A stretch of DNA of 63,599 nucleotides, filler included, from Collodictyon triciliatum (taxonomy: Eukaryota): the NCBI GenBank assembly GCA_043381765.1. It is 7 parts of 7 records of this genome, joined end to end, with 100 filler letters (N's around TTAATTAATTAA, not from the genome) between each part and the next. Parts side by side here need not be neighbours in the genome. Positions count along the whole stretch, not along the records: positions 1 to 12,157 come from JBHJMP010002229.1; positions 12,258 to 24,406 come from JBHJMP010002230.1; 5 more parts are not named here. One strand, written 5' to 3'. The notes beneath the pieces were generated by a model. That model saw only the letters and a program-made list of their open reading frames with translations. It did not search any database and was not told the origin of the DNA. The position numbers and the translations under genes are program-made. Each line of letters starts with the position of its first letter. The first letter of the stretch is position 1. Of this stretch, positions 1 to 19,978 are shown piece after piece.

Positions 1-160
1 TTTTTCTTCTTTTTTCTTCTTTTTTCTTCTTTTTTCTTCTTTTTTCTTCTTTTTTCTTCTTTTTTCTTCTTTTTTCTTCTTTTCTTCTTTTCTTCTTTTC
101 TTCTTTTCTTCTTTTCTTCTTTTCTTCTTTCCTTCTTTTCTTCTTTTCTTCTTTTTTTTC
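1..160. repeat. (TTTTTTCTTC)n / (TTTTCTTC)n simple repeat at contig start
   Basis: Tandem pyrimidine-rich units directly visible. Confidence 0.95.
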
Positions 161-861
161 TGCCTGGTGCTCAGGTCTTTGCCACCTAAAAAATGCGGGA
201 TCGAGTATCCAGGTTTTTTCACACACCGATACCTTCATGACTTTTTGATGCTCGGCTGTGCGCGCTTATTCAGTCGCGTGCGTGATTGACAGAATCATGC
301 GCTTCTTGGGCGGTGGAATGCCCGATCGGTTCACCATGAGAATTGCGGAAAAAAAAGAAACACCTTAGCAAGTTTTTCCGTTGATCTAATTATGGAATTT
401 ATAATAGTATCCTATATTATTGATTTAAACGGATTATTATGATGTAATACTATTAAATTTATGCAAAAATATGTATCTTAGTAATGATATGATGAAAGAA
501 ATTTGCTTGTGTAATGAATACGGTACCAGGTGTATTTTGCATTGACAGACAACTCCCTTCGCACCCACAATTATGCCATCGAGCGTACGACATCAGCAGT
601 TCGTCGATATATATACTTTGTCCGTCCAGCCTTATATTGCTTAATCAACTCTGATCAACTCCGCCCGCATTCGATCAATCCCCAGACAAGCTTACGAAGC
701 CCCGGTTAGGCAGCCCTCGCCAAAAGACTGAATCGCAAACGTAGAGAGGCCGGTTAAATACTGTGCAAAACATAAGATATTCAGCTTGAGTGCTGTTCAG
801 TACAAAGCACAGTGCACCGTCTAACGCCGTATTCTCGCTTTAGCTCGTTTCATTTGTGATC

Positions 862-1427
862 ATGGCCCGCACACCAATTGTCGTTGCCTTTGTTGTCCTG
901 TTTGCCGCCTTGGCCGTTGCTGCCGTCCCAGTGGAGAAGGATGAGAAGATTGGAGGAGGAATTCTCGTGTACAACTTCACTGACAAGACCATCCTTGCAC
1001 GCACCGTCCTTGCTGGCCCAATCTACGGCACGCTGTAAAATCCTGCTTCATCCTTGCCGAGTCGCATACAGACAATTTTCCTTTTTTTTTTTCACCTGAA
1101 GGATTATTCTGGTTTGGGAGAAGGGATCTTATGTGCCCAACAAGTTCTTAACAAAAAAAGGAAAAACCTTGAACTCTTTTTTTTTCCCTCTTTAGAATTA
1201 TTTATTTATTTATTTAGGGTTCCTTATTCTTTTTCTCGCCTTTTTGATCCCACAGGGCTCTGACTCCCCGTGCAAACGGAACGATTTCCTGCGAATATGT
1301 CTGGTACACCGTGGAAATCTTTGAAGCCAACAACAACCGCATGCTCTGCTCCACAGGCTCTCCAGTCGATGTCTACTGCGGCAATACCGTTGTCTTTGAC
1401 TACTACGGCGACGGCTATCGCTGCTAA
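862..1427 (+). CDS. Small secreted protein (115 aa, signal peptide, 4 Cys), 3 exons: 862-1027, 1102-1111, 1256-1427
   Basis: N-terminus MARTPIVVAFVVLFAALAVAA is a signal peptide. Phases 1/2 join across a 10-nt microexon to give ...GPIYGLFWALTPRANGTISCEYVWYTVEIFEANNNRMLCSTGSPVDVYCGNTVVFDYYGDGYRC*. The total of 348 nt is in frame, and exons are GC-richer than the introns. Confidence 0.7.
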
Positions 1428-2201
1428 AGTGGACCTTGCTCCACGAAGGCATTATCCCAGGGACTGCTTCTGCCCCATACTTTTTGATACATGTCTCAAA
1501 CGCACTTATCAGAAGACAAATGCACATGCCTCACTCTCGATCGTTTCTCTTCTCCTGGGCGTCCTCTATGGTGATAGGTGTCGGGATACCGTCATTTTGA
1601 CAGCCGTTTTCTAGAGTGTTGCCATCAAAATGAGAGCAGTCAGAATAAACAGTTGCTTTTCCAAGGGATGCCCAAAGAGCCAGACAGCCTATAAATCGCT
1701 TGTGCGATACTTGTTTTTGACATTCCGCCATTACAACACCCATGTATAATTCTATTCCTCCTTTTTTTGTAAGGGCATGAAGTCTGCTACGCGCCAAAAA
1801 TAAATCGGCATCCAATACGACTACTTGCCTACCACCTCTCAACAAATATTATATTTTCCACATCTGAAATGCAATTCAAATATTCAAATATTCAAATATC
1901 CTCTTCGAACCCACCGAACGTGATCACGCAAGCGCACAACCGCCTTTGAATTCTGGTCTTTTCGAACCCGGCGGCCTTTCGCGAAGTCCCGCAGATTAAG
2001 AGAGATGTTTTATAGTACAAGTTTCATGCCACAACTCTTTTTCTTGCACACTTGTTTTAAAAATACTTTTTTGCATAGTTTGATCTTCTAATAGAAAATG
2101 TATTAAATATGGCGCAAATCATACACACAACTGTGCAATCTTTCTCCTTTTCTCCCTACATCTGTTTAAACGCACTTGTGAAAGCGTATAGCCCATCAAA
2201 G

Positions 2202-2282
<81 letters not shown>
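2202..2282. repeat. (ATT)n microsatellite
   Basis: Directly visible; produces the poly-I in the ORF track. Confidence 0.95.
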
Positions 2283-2408
2283 GATGTTGCTACCATTACC
2301 CTTTCCCTTCCTTCCTTTTCTTCTTCTTTCCTCTCAAAAACTGACTCGCGACAATATCGACAGAGAAAGGACCGGCAGGTGTTTCAAGTCAGGCGAGAAA
2401 GGAGCCAC

Positions 2409-9216
<6,808 letters not shown>

Positions 9217-9906
9217 TTTAGAAATGAGGAAAAAAGAAAAAATACGAAAGGACTTCCGAATTCCATACGCTCACCTTTAAACACTTGATTGATCTACCAG
9301 TGTTTCATTCTTCCTTCTCTTTCTTTCGGTTCTTTTCGCCAGTAGATATTTATGTCAACTCCCATGCAGATATGTTTTCATAAGGTCGCATAACGTTTCC
9401 TTCTCACCTATGCCGTCACTATATTCCCATTTTCTTTTTATTCGTTCCTAAATTACAAAGTCCTCGGATACCTCGCATTATAATTTGGATATATCGTATG
9501 CTTTTCTCTCTCTATCCTTACTATCAATAATTAAACCAGAGAAAAACCGCTTCATTCATACGGACATGTTCAAATGTATCATAAATGACTTACGAATAAT
9601 ATCTAAGGGAAAATCTCGAATAAAAATCAACAAGCAAGGAAAACGATAACATTTTTCGAGTCAGTATTTTTTTCTTCGTCTTTGTCATCGTTATTTTTTT
9701 TTTGCCAAGCATTAAAGAATCTGGCATCGTTCAGTTTCTCTGCATAACTAGCGGTATACGCTGCCATGGTGTTTTTCAGCGGAAGAATAAAACATACGAT
9801 TTCTTTAATAGGGAAGTAATCAAATTCACTAAAATGAGGACAGAAGAGTTTATGTGTGATTGGGCAATCACAACTTTTAGTCATCACAAAGGATATGTGG
9901 GCAGAA

Positions 9907-10040
9907 CTATGCTTGGTTTGAGAGCGCTTTCGGTGTGATTCGCCTGGAAACCAGGGGAACCCCAAACACAAGCTTTTGAAGAGCTGCGATTTTATCGGCC
10001 TAAATTCATATTATTGTTATGAGGTATATATAAAAGGAAG

Positions 10041-10074
<34 letters not shown>

Positions 10075-12035
10075 AGAAACGATATGCATATGGCCAGAAA
10101 CACTAAAGTGCGCCGAAAGCGCAACATGAGTGGGGTTGATAGCAAATATTTTTAGTTTTCATTATCTTAGTACGTACCAGAGGTACATCAACTTCGTTGG
10201 AGGTTTGGTTAATGGCTTGTATGAAACGAATATATCCTGGAGATGAGTCTGCTTCTGTTTTAGAGCGGGGTGATGAAGGAAGGCCAAGGGGCTAGAGCAA
10301 AATGAAAAATAGCAAATGCAATGATTATTTTATTATTCTGAAAAATAAAGACCGAAATGAAACAATAAAAAGAAGGACAAATGTACTCAATCGTTTTGTG
10401 AAATATTTGGTGAACCTTGATTTCCTGAGAAACCCACGGACAGTACCACCGATGTTGCTTTATAAAATACGAGGGCATCGAGTCAACAGACACTGTGTGA
10501 TTGGGAGTGGATAAGTGTGCGAATCCAGATGTAGATACAGATTCATATGCCTTGATCGATTGGGAGTTTGCATCGACTCGAGCACGTTTTGCGTTGGGGA
10601 ACGGGTCGAGTGACTGGTCTGATTGACTTCGTTGGAGAGAAGAAACAACTAGCTTCCGTTGGCAAAATGAGCAGGATAAGCAGATGGACGATTGCCCAGA
10701 CAATGTCTTTTTTTGGGACAGCTCCCAGCCAAGCAGTACAAGACCTGTAATGACCTTTTATTTGGATTAGTGGGTGTAGAAATGTTTTATATCTTCCAAA
10801 AGAAGAATAAGAAAGAAAAGAAGGAAAATCCGAAAAATGAGAAGAAAAAAGCCATATGTAGTTCAAAATGGTGTTGAAGGACTTCATACCTTTTCTCGTT
10901 CATCGTCAGATACGATTTGATGGTCAGATAGTGTTTTGAAGCACGGTTCAAATAAGCTCTAGTATCACCAAGGGGGAAATAAGCCTTTGCTATTCTTTTT
11001 TTATATACATATAATTGTGTTTGAAAACGATGGCAGAGTTTAGAAATACAAAAGAGATTTACTTGCTCTATTTCATTATGAGGATGAATGTTCGGCAGTA
11101 CATCCAATAACGAATATGATTGGTGTCTTCTATCAAATTCTTGGAGAGCCTATCATACTTGCCTTTAAAAGGATGCACTTGATTTCAATTTTTTTGGCTC
11201 ATTACGAAAGATTATATTCCAATATGATTTAAAGTATTGGCGAAGAGACTCGCTTAAGGGTGATGCAATAGCCAGGAGACAAACCGTTGCTTTGGTATGA
11301 AAATTTATCGTGATAAATGAAAGAGGACATGGATTGCTTCTCCAAAGGCACCAAGTTGCATGTGCTTCATTGATTTTTGAATGGAAGAACGGTACTGTAG
11401 TATTAATATTCATTTTGAGTAAGCGACGGAAGCTTCGATTGTCCGGAAGTGAAAGTATGAAAAATAAAGAGAGTTGTACATACTCGTATTAGCATTTTTC
11501 AAAGATAGCTGTTTTCTACAGAAAGTGCACTCAACACAATCTATTGTATTGTTCACCCATCCATACCTTTTATTTATTTATTTATGCACCGAGCGAGGGA
11601 TAAGTCGACATCACGAAATGAAAAGTAAATGATTGATATGGAAAAAGAAAGAAAGAAACGCGCAAAAAAAAAAAGACATTAAATTAACAATGTGTATTAT
11701 ATCGGCTCACCTTGCAAACTGCAGCGGACTCAACTGTGCAGAATGAGCAAAAAACGTCAGGACACGGTATGTCTCCAGCCGCTGGAAAAAGTCATCACGA
11801 TTCCAGGGGCGACATGGAAGGGAATGAACAGGTACTGAGCTATTGTTTGGGGCGGTAGGAATGGATATTGCACTCGATTGGGGATTCGTTGGATGCTGAG
11901 ACGGAAGTGACGTATTCAAAATGACAGACTGCTCGGAGGATGGAGCGGTGGAGGAGGGCAGAACTAATTGGAAATGGCTTCGTTGTGGAGTTGACAAAGG
12001 TGGTGACGAAGCAGGTGCAGAGCGAGCAGGACTGC
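9907..12035 (-). CDS. ZC3HC1: NIPA/ZC3HC1/Rsm1-like C3HC zinc-finger protein, 5' end lost in gap
   Basis: CRPWNRDDFFQRLETY...LSPLQFARYGW...VECTFCRKQL...HATWCLW (zf-C3HC) and LVLLGW...LSCSFCQRKL...FIKQHRWYCPWV...PGY (Rsm1 module). Exon phases chain to TAG at 9907-9909. Confidence 0.85.
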
Positions 12036-12065
12036 TGTTGAATGACGCAACCGTGGTTTATAAGG

Positions 12066-12157
12066 AATAAAAAAAGAGAATAAAAAAAGAGAATAAAAAA
12101 AGAGAATAAAAAAAGAGAATAAAAAAAGAGAATAAAAAAAAGAGAATAAAAAAAGAG
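12066..12157. repeat. 13-nt tandem repeat (AATAAAAAAAGAG)n at contig end
   Basis: About 7 copies directly visible before the N gap. Confidence 0.9.
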
Positions 12158-12201
12158 NNNNNNNNNNNNNNNNNNNNNNNNNNNNNNNNNNNNNNNNNNN
12201 N

Positions 12202-12213
12202 TTAATTAATTAA
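12202..12213. other. Artificial scaffold spacer TTAATTAATTAA inside N runs (also 24451, 30840, 36788, 49032, 61262)
   Basis: An identical palindromic 12-mer with stops in all six frames, embedded in N runs of similar length six times. Confidence 0.97.
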
Positions 12214-12397
12214 NNNNNNNNNNNNNNNNNNNNNNNNNNNNNNNNNNNNNNNNNNNNAAAGAAAAAGAAAAAGAAAAAGAAAAAGAAAAAGAAAAAGAAA
12301 AAGGAAAAGGAAAAGGAAAAGAGTGAACCAAAGAGGGGCGAACAATAAAAGAAAAAGCCTTGTCCGGGCAGACTTTCTTTACCCCATGGATAGGCAG

Positions 12398-12580
12398 ATA
12401 CAGTGGGCCTGTCATAGTCTTCTTGCTTATGTTGCAGTAAGTTTCCTATATATTTCCCTTACAGCCATCATACCCGAGATTATGGAAGCAAAAAAGCATC
12501 GTGTCTCTAGCATATTACTTATCGCTACAGGGTACGCCCTCGTTTGGGGTTCATCTACAATATTTGGACACGCCCATTGA
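12398..12580 (+). CDS. Last exon of a ZIP (SLC39)-type metal transporter, fragment
   Basis: LLAYVAVSFLYISLTAIIPEIME resembles the ZIP TM7 motif (AGxFLYIAxxxxxPE), followed by a final TM helix and TGA. Upstream exons are missing in the gap. Confidence 0.6.
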   Translation: MQWACHSLLAYVAVSFLYISLTAIIPEIMEAKKHRVSSILLIATGYALVWGSSTIFGHAH

Positions 12581-13260
12581 ACTTTCTCTCCTTTCTCTCA
12601 TTTTTCCATAATTGCCAGACCCTGCTCACACCGCATCGTCGCTGTCTATCTAACGGGAAAGATACCAGATAATCCAACCATGGAGTATAAATGACATTTA
12701 CCTCTCCACCAACCCACATACATACATTTAAATCTTCATCTGGTACAGAATTAGCGTCGAGTTTACCCAAAAAGAACTTGGGTATGACAAATGCATCAAC
12801 ATAGCAACTTCTTTTCCATCTGGACATGATAGATACAATCAAGGCGGTGAGCAAATATGGATAGAGATGAAGAAGGCGATACATGCTTTGAACACCTGTG
12901 TGCATCCCCAATCTCTTGAGGACTAGCAAAATCTCATGCCTTTGTTATAGTTCATACGTGCCTATGGTACTAAATATGCTTACGGTGATAACCAGCAAAA
13001 GGCAACAGTGGTGCTAATATTTCCCAGATTAAATATGAAGATGCTTTATCTCATGGATTTATGTTCTGGCTTTAGGGTCGGTCTATCGCTATTGTCGTCA
13101 TACGATTCAAATCTTCAGTGTGTAACATTTTATTGGATCATACATGCCAAGGGGATGTCTCCAAGTTTTTTCCCCCCTTTATGTAGTTCAAAGGGAACGC
13201 CTCCAAGATGTTAGTACATATGATAAATGGGATAATTTCCAGGAGAAAACACATAAAAGA

Positions 13261-16200
13261 CTAATTCATAGCCTGTGAAGTGAGAGGTGCTTTGGGCAAT
13301 TGAGGCAGAGTCTTCTGGTGTGTGGTTGGACGGGCTGGCGGAGGTTTTGATGTACTTGGCAGCGCAGGGAGTGAGGGAAGGGTGTTTGGAGACACGACGC
13401 TGCACAAGCGATTGCGTTAAGGTAATTATTAATGCGGTGTCGATTCTTGTTATGTCTATTAATCTGTCCATCCAGCTGCCTCTTGATTATTCACTGGCAA
13501 TTTGCTCAAATACCAAGATGAATGGAATTAGTACCTTGCAGATCGAGAAACACCCTTGGATGTTCCGCCCCGTGAACCTGGAGTCGGATTGCTGGAAAGC
13601 TTGGTTTGCCCAAACGCTGTTTGTTGGGTATTCGACTAATGAATATTAATTAAAAAAAATGAGCCAATTATTATTTGATGTGTTGTATGACTTGCAAATA
13701 CCGCTGCATTAGTGAAAAATGTTTTTTTTTTAAATGATGACTAAGTCTGTCCAAGATATTTCTCGGAAGAAAGATGCATAAGTCATTTTAACTATACGCA
13801 TATTAATGATTTTGAGTACATCTCTCTGGTAAATGCTGGCTTCCAACTCGTTCAGCTTCGTCAAAAGAGATGAGTTGGCCACGGGTACCTTTTTTTCTTC
13901 CACTGGTTTTTTCCTTTTCACCTAATTTAGCACGTTACAAAAAAAAATCAATTGGGGCTGACACTATAACAGTGATGAGATATAATCATAAACAGATTAT
14001 GAATCAGTACTGGCTTACCTTAATCTTCCTTTCTTGAGCTATGGTTTTTTCTATTTGGGGGCGGTTGATACCGATGCGGGCGAGTGTCTTTGGCTGTGTT
14101 AACGGATGGTCAAGTTCATACGGTCGATAACCCTGGGGGAGGAAAGAGAGGGATAAAACTGTTCACAATATCCTATTGTTGGCTCCTCTACAGGTGAATC
14201 CTCAAATGATACACAGTCATATTCATAATTGATTCAGAAAAAAATATGAATTAATGAAATGGAATATATCGGGTGTACCTCTTCGTTATCTTGTGTTTGG
14301 ATGCTGCCAGGAGCGCTTATGGCCTTGCGAGTTCTCGAGAACCCTTTATCCTTCACTGCGTGCCAAACTCGCAGCGTGTGGTCCCACGATGCAGTGATGT
14401 ACTGTGCATTTCTTATTTCAACGAGATGTAAAATAAAAAGGTTCGATGTATATGTCAGGAATTGTTCTCACCTGCTGAAGCTCTGGGATATGAACAATTC
14501 CACGAATTTCGTCTGTGTGGCCGTGGTATGTTTGCACAATCTAACAAAAGACGCCGAATAAATATGTATTGACGAGCAGGCTTTGTTTTGAAATGCAATC
14601 ACTTTGATGAATAAATGGAAAAGTGACCTCGGATTTCTTCGGCTCGTAAACACGCATAGATTTATCCCGGAGGGCTAATATTAGATACCCCAGAACCTAT
14701 GCATGGAAATGCGTATATGTGTTTATCATACACATTTTTATGCAATTAATACCAACAAAAATTGGATCAGTATTGCTCCTCATAATTTGAAGCCATTTTC
14801 GATAAAAGTATCGGTAAAATGATAGAAGGAGTGAGGGTTGTACTTTATCATATGTCATCGCCGTCACTGTTTCTTCTTTTGTGTCATACAAATCATAAAT
14901 TTGGTTCCCTTGAGTGTCCTGTAAATAAACAGGGGTAGATTCAATTCATTGCTTATACCAAAATAATTGTATTTCAGATAACCAAATATTATGAACATAG
15001 GAAAGACGTTGAGTTACACTATAATGAAGGAGAGCAGCTATAATGATTTGCTATCCATAAATTGAGTGACTAAGGTAATGGCTATGAATTTGTTGCGTTG
15101 TATACCCAAAATCGCACGGTACGGTCTTCTGATGCAGAGATCCAGCATTCATAGATTGGATTCCACATCACCTAGGAATACGAATAAATATGGTTTTTTT
15201 TATCGCGGAATCATAGGTCTATGAATAAAAGTAAAATTAAAAGACAAAGATAAAGACAAAGATAAAGACGATGATAAAGATAAAGATAAAGATAAAGATA
15301 AAGATAAAGATAAAGATAAAGATAAAGATAAAGATAAAGATAAAGATAAAGATAAAGATAAAGATAAAGATAAAGATAAAGATAAAGCATAACATTTTAA
15401 CCCAGAGACATACCAAAGACACTTCCCCTGTATGCCCGAAAAAAGTGCATCGGAGTTTCCCTGTTCCGTAATCCCAAATCTTGATTATTTTATCGGCTCC
15501 GCACGTTGCGAGTTCGTTTGTCTTTGGCGAGTAATCGACAGACATTATAATATCGTCATGTGCATTTCGTATGATTGAACTAGGTTCACCTAAGTGTTCT
15601 ATTTCAAGAAAAATAATGGAATTAGTTAATCATCTTGAGCTCATTAAAGTGTGTATTATATTACATTGATGCATATCTTCGGTGAATAATAAATGTAAGA
15701 GAAAAAAAAACACCTTTCTTTAAACTCCAGTATCGGATGCTAGCGTCCCATGAAACACTAATCAAAGTGTCTCCCACAATTTTCAGTGCAGAAACTTTAT
15801 CAGAATGGTCATTGGCGCCGGAACGGACAAGTTCGGTGAGACGCTGTGAGACAAACTCATATGGAATAATCCCTGACACATTTTTGATGCCAAATTTTAT
15901 TAGGCTGTATGTTTCTTCTTTTTTTTATTTTAAGGTTTATTGTTGAATAAACCTGTTTTCTTTCATCGATTATTTTTATTATTATGATAATGATAATGAT
16001 GACGATGACGATGATAAATCAAACTGATGGAATTGTCATCAAGCGCAACTATAAGTAAATCCAACTCATCATGGAAAGCAATGGACAAAGCGATGCCAGG
16101 GTGAAATAATATGCGGTCCGGACTAAGTGTTCACCAATTAAAGTTTAGAGAAAGTAAAACTAGGATATTGAACTTCATCATGAGTATGAAAATATGGCGT

Positions 16201-19111
16201 GGAATAAATTAATATTTCTTATTCTATGCTTCATATTTTGTTTCCTATACCCCAGATTGTGCTTCGCGTTCAGCTTTAATTCTTTTGTGTGTATGTACTT
16301 TTGTTTTATTTGAGGCATCCATCTCATATCTAGTGTTCACCTGTAAAGCTGAGAATTTAGTTGCATTGGCTCCCACTTGTGAATGTAGCCATCACCGCCA
16401 GCACTGAAGAGTTGGATACTTGCGTCTCTGTTAGCTGATGAGTTTTTTTTTTTTCTAATTTAAAGAGCGCTTCAAGAGGTGCATGCATAAATATCATCCA
16501 TCATAGGACATTTTCTTAATTCAGATAATCTAATTAAGCTAGCAATTAGTTTACAAAAATAAAGAGCCTCTATCCCGTCTGTGTGCCCACGACAAACACT
16601 AACGGAGACGCTCGGTGTATACTTCCAGAACATCAGTTGCCGTGATGTCATCCAGCCAACCATTTCTTGGCTCTAGTATGAAGTATGTCAAGTACCGCCC
16701 TTTTTTTTCTTCCCTCATCGCAATCAGTTGTATATTTCGAAGTAAAATGCCGCCGTATTAACAGGATAATATAGAGAAGAGAAACACGACATAAAATTAC
16801 TTCTCAAATGTAAAATTATTTGAAAGCCATACTTCATTCAACCAGAACAATTTAAATATAACATGAATTTCTTCCTCCTCGCCTCTCTTTTCCATACTCT
16901 TGTCGATAATATATTCAGTAATCTAGTATGTGTTTAATCGATTGGGTAATTGATCCATTTCGTCAAGAAAATAAAAGATAGAAAAAACAATTAATCACAA
17001 GGATTTAAATCAGATAATATTTAAATACATCAGTGGTGGTCCGGAGATCTAAAGACACTAAAGATGCCGAGTTTGTACTCGCCCATAGCGACTTCGTTGC
17101 AGGGACATAGCAAAGTCCAGTGATTATATCCCTATTGGAGGATAATAATCAAGTGAATATGAAGGAAAATGATTTATGTAAATAAAAGGTGTCCCTTTAA
17201 AGCTGTTGGTTTAAGTGACTATGTTACGATGCCCAAAAGTGAACCACATCATAATTGGAAGGATCCTTTCGAAAACTTTGTTTTATCAATAATGCTATTA
17301 CTCGAAGTGATCAAACTTATGCAGGAGCTTGCAATCCAAGGACCATACTCTGATTGTTCGGTCGAATGACCCTGAAACAATCCTTCCATTTTATAAAATA
17401 AGTGGAAATCTGTGCTTATCTTTAATTGTCAAAATATATGATGATATGCCCGATTATGTCATATATATATATCAACATGCAGTACCAGTTATTGTCCGGA
17501 TCAAAATCTAAGGCAGTAATACCAGATGCGTGCCGATTTGGAACCAGGATAAACTTGCGAGGATTCTCACCATCATATATACACATGCTGCGGTCATAGC
17601 TTATAAAAAAAAATGTATAGAATTAATTTTATTAAGGCGGATTAGGGGAGCGTCCTTATCAAGTGCAGAACTGATCATTTTTCATAGTAATAAACCCAAC
17701 ATATTTTTGTTAGAAAAGAAGTAAATGTATCATTGTATGCACATATCGCCTCATCTGCGAAAGCTTACCTAGCAGAGTAGATTTTCCCCTCCACGCAAAT
17801 TATAGCGCGTACAACGTCTGAATGTGCATTAACCACAAATTGTTTCTTGATCACATCCTTTCTGTTCGGATCGAAGTTATCCTTTATCAGAGAGAACGTC
17901 CTAATTTCGTTGTCACATCCTGTTAAATCAAAATGATACAGTCGGTATCGAATTAATAAACAATTTATTGATCGTGTTGCTTAATATAAATCCTGTGTTT
18001 ACCTCATAATTGTAAAAAAAAAATTAATAAAATCACTGCAATATGGTCTATAACAACATGATAATCCTACCCAGAACTAGCTGTTGTCTACGAGGCTCCC
18101 AAGCCATGCAATAGAAAGGAAATTTGATCTGATTTCAGAAAAGATGAATCAGCAACTAACCATTCGTCAAATCAGAAAATTATTGTGGGGTTTATATCTT
18201 AATAGATACGAGATGCACGAAAATGGATCAAAATTTAGGATGTAGTATACATCGTTACGGTATTATCGTTTTAAATGAAGTAGCATACATCTTCACACTG
18301 AACAATTATCCCAGCAAAATTCCAAGCGAAGAGTCTCCCATCAACAGAACACGAGAAGAGCAGTTTGTTTTCAACACTTGTATATTTGTTTTTGTTTTTG
18401 GAGGAAAGAGAAATGGGATGTGCTCAATTAAACTTTTAGGGGCATTTATAGTTTTAGTGCTTTCATTTCTATTTCCGAATGAGAAAACGGATAGATTCGA
18501 GACTGGTGCCTCTTTGAGGGGGAAAGGGAATGATGCCAATTGGTTCCATATATTATATCCAGAAAACATTGTGGTATCATCCCTTTAGATACTCTCACAC
18601 TGTGAGTCGGTGAGACCCCTTACCTTTGAAATGAATGAAAAGAAATATTTTTATTCCAAAATAAGAACCCATGCTTACTGATAGTAAAGCCCTGTCACCC
18701 AACCCTTATGTTCATTGAGCGTGCGGAGCAGTCTCCCGGTCTCTCTCTCCCATACCATAATACGACCGTCTGACAAGCGTTGTTTGAATAGAATTAAACA
18801 TGTTCTGGCGCTGATGCACACATAAGTAACAGAGAAGTAAAACGGGAATGTGCAAGCAGTTGACAAATGGAAAAGTTAAACTGGGAAATATGGCAGCATG
18901 AAATAGTAAGTTGTATACACAAAAGCAAAGAGACGTTGCGAAATGATTAGATGAATGGCAGGGGAGAGACAAAAAATCGAAGCTCAGTATTTGCTGATGC
19001 GTTGCTACCTTCCGATCCAGTGAAAAGCTCTCTGTTGAGAGGGTTGTATGCGATGCATAGTACAGGCTTTTCGTGAGCTTCTGGGATGGTTCGCCGCAGT
19101 TCAAGTGACAT
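13261..19111 (-). CDS. Multi-WD40-repeat protein (~20 exons) with Pro-rich C-terminal tail
   Basis: Starts MSLELRRTIPEAHEKPVLCIAYNPLNRELFTGSEDGRIMVW. Many GH...WD-type repeats follow (SGSFDRTIRVW, SWDASIRYW, CGADKIIKIWD, ASEDRTVRFW, ASWDHTLRVW). All exon phases are consistent through to TAG at 13261-13263. Confidence 0.9.
15240..15387. repeat. (GATAAA)n microsatellite in WD40 intron
   Basis: Directly visible. Confidence 0.95.
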
Positions 19112-19978
19112 ATGTGTTCGATCGCCCCAACACTCGCAGGCTGTTCTTTATTTTGTTTCTTGGCCGAGACATATGAGAATAGATGGTTTTAAACTTGGAA
19201 GTGGGGTGAGAAATACAAAGGTTTGGGTTGCTTATCTGCTCGTCGGGTTACAACCTGCCGCCTCATCCGAGTGCCTTCCCGCCTGATCTCGCGTGATGTT
19301 CGGGAAAAACAGATTGGTGGTTGCTGTGTTGTGGTATCTGATCAATTCGCTGCAACTGTATTCAAATATGGAAATTAAAAATATTATAATTAAATTATAT
19401 AAAATACAATTAAAAGCTCTTTTGTAAACGAATAATAGCTATATATTGTATTTTATATGTTTAATAAGAATTATGTGGAAACAATTGAAACATTCGAATA
19501 CATAGTACCTTCTCCAGCCTGTGGCGCAAGCAAAGCCACACTCATCCAAATCTGGAAAATAAATGAAACAGCTACATATGGTGTTCGCCCACACCACTCG
19601 ATTGCCCGAATCATTTTATGCCATCGCGGGCGCACGCTAGAAATTGCAGTGCCAAAGCTGCCATCCTATCCAATCGATCAGAATCCATTTCCCATCGAAG
19701 ACACAAGAGCAGCGACGCCGACGCGGCTGAGACAGTGTGCCGATCGCGTGAACACAAATCATCTGCGAGGGGAAAACATTCCAATAGGCCAGGATAATCT
19801 TGTCATATCGACAGGGAGCCCGTTGAGAGCAGCGGCAAGGAAAATGGCCGTCCCTTGGCTTTCCCTTGCCCTCGACTTTTTGCTGGCTATGCATAGCTGA
19901 CTTGGTGGCCACACGCAAATTATATTAACTCTTTTTCGATACTTCATAGCGGCACAGAACACAGCCTTCCTTGACATC

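Noticed and set aside
1270-1614. 114-aa ORF-track call MQTERF...
   Set aside because: It is an alternative frame overlapping exon 3 of the secreted protein, starts at GTG and has no supporting features.
1900-1995. Two TTCGAACCC motifs suggesting a tRNA or SINE B-box
   Set aside because: No cloverleaf stems or properly spaced A-box could be built by eye, and the preceding GG of the T-loop is absent; tRNAscan-SE would settle it.
12202-12213. Repeated palindrome TTAATTAATTAA as a biological element
   Set aside because: Always embedded in N runs; it is an assembly spacer.
17069-17084. Apparent GC donor (TGG|GCGAGT) in the WD40 gene
   Set aside because: The exon reads on (WASTNSASLVSLDLRTTTD) to a canonical GT donor in the correct phase.
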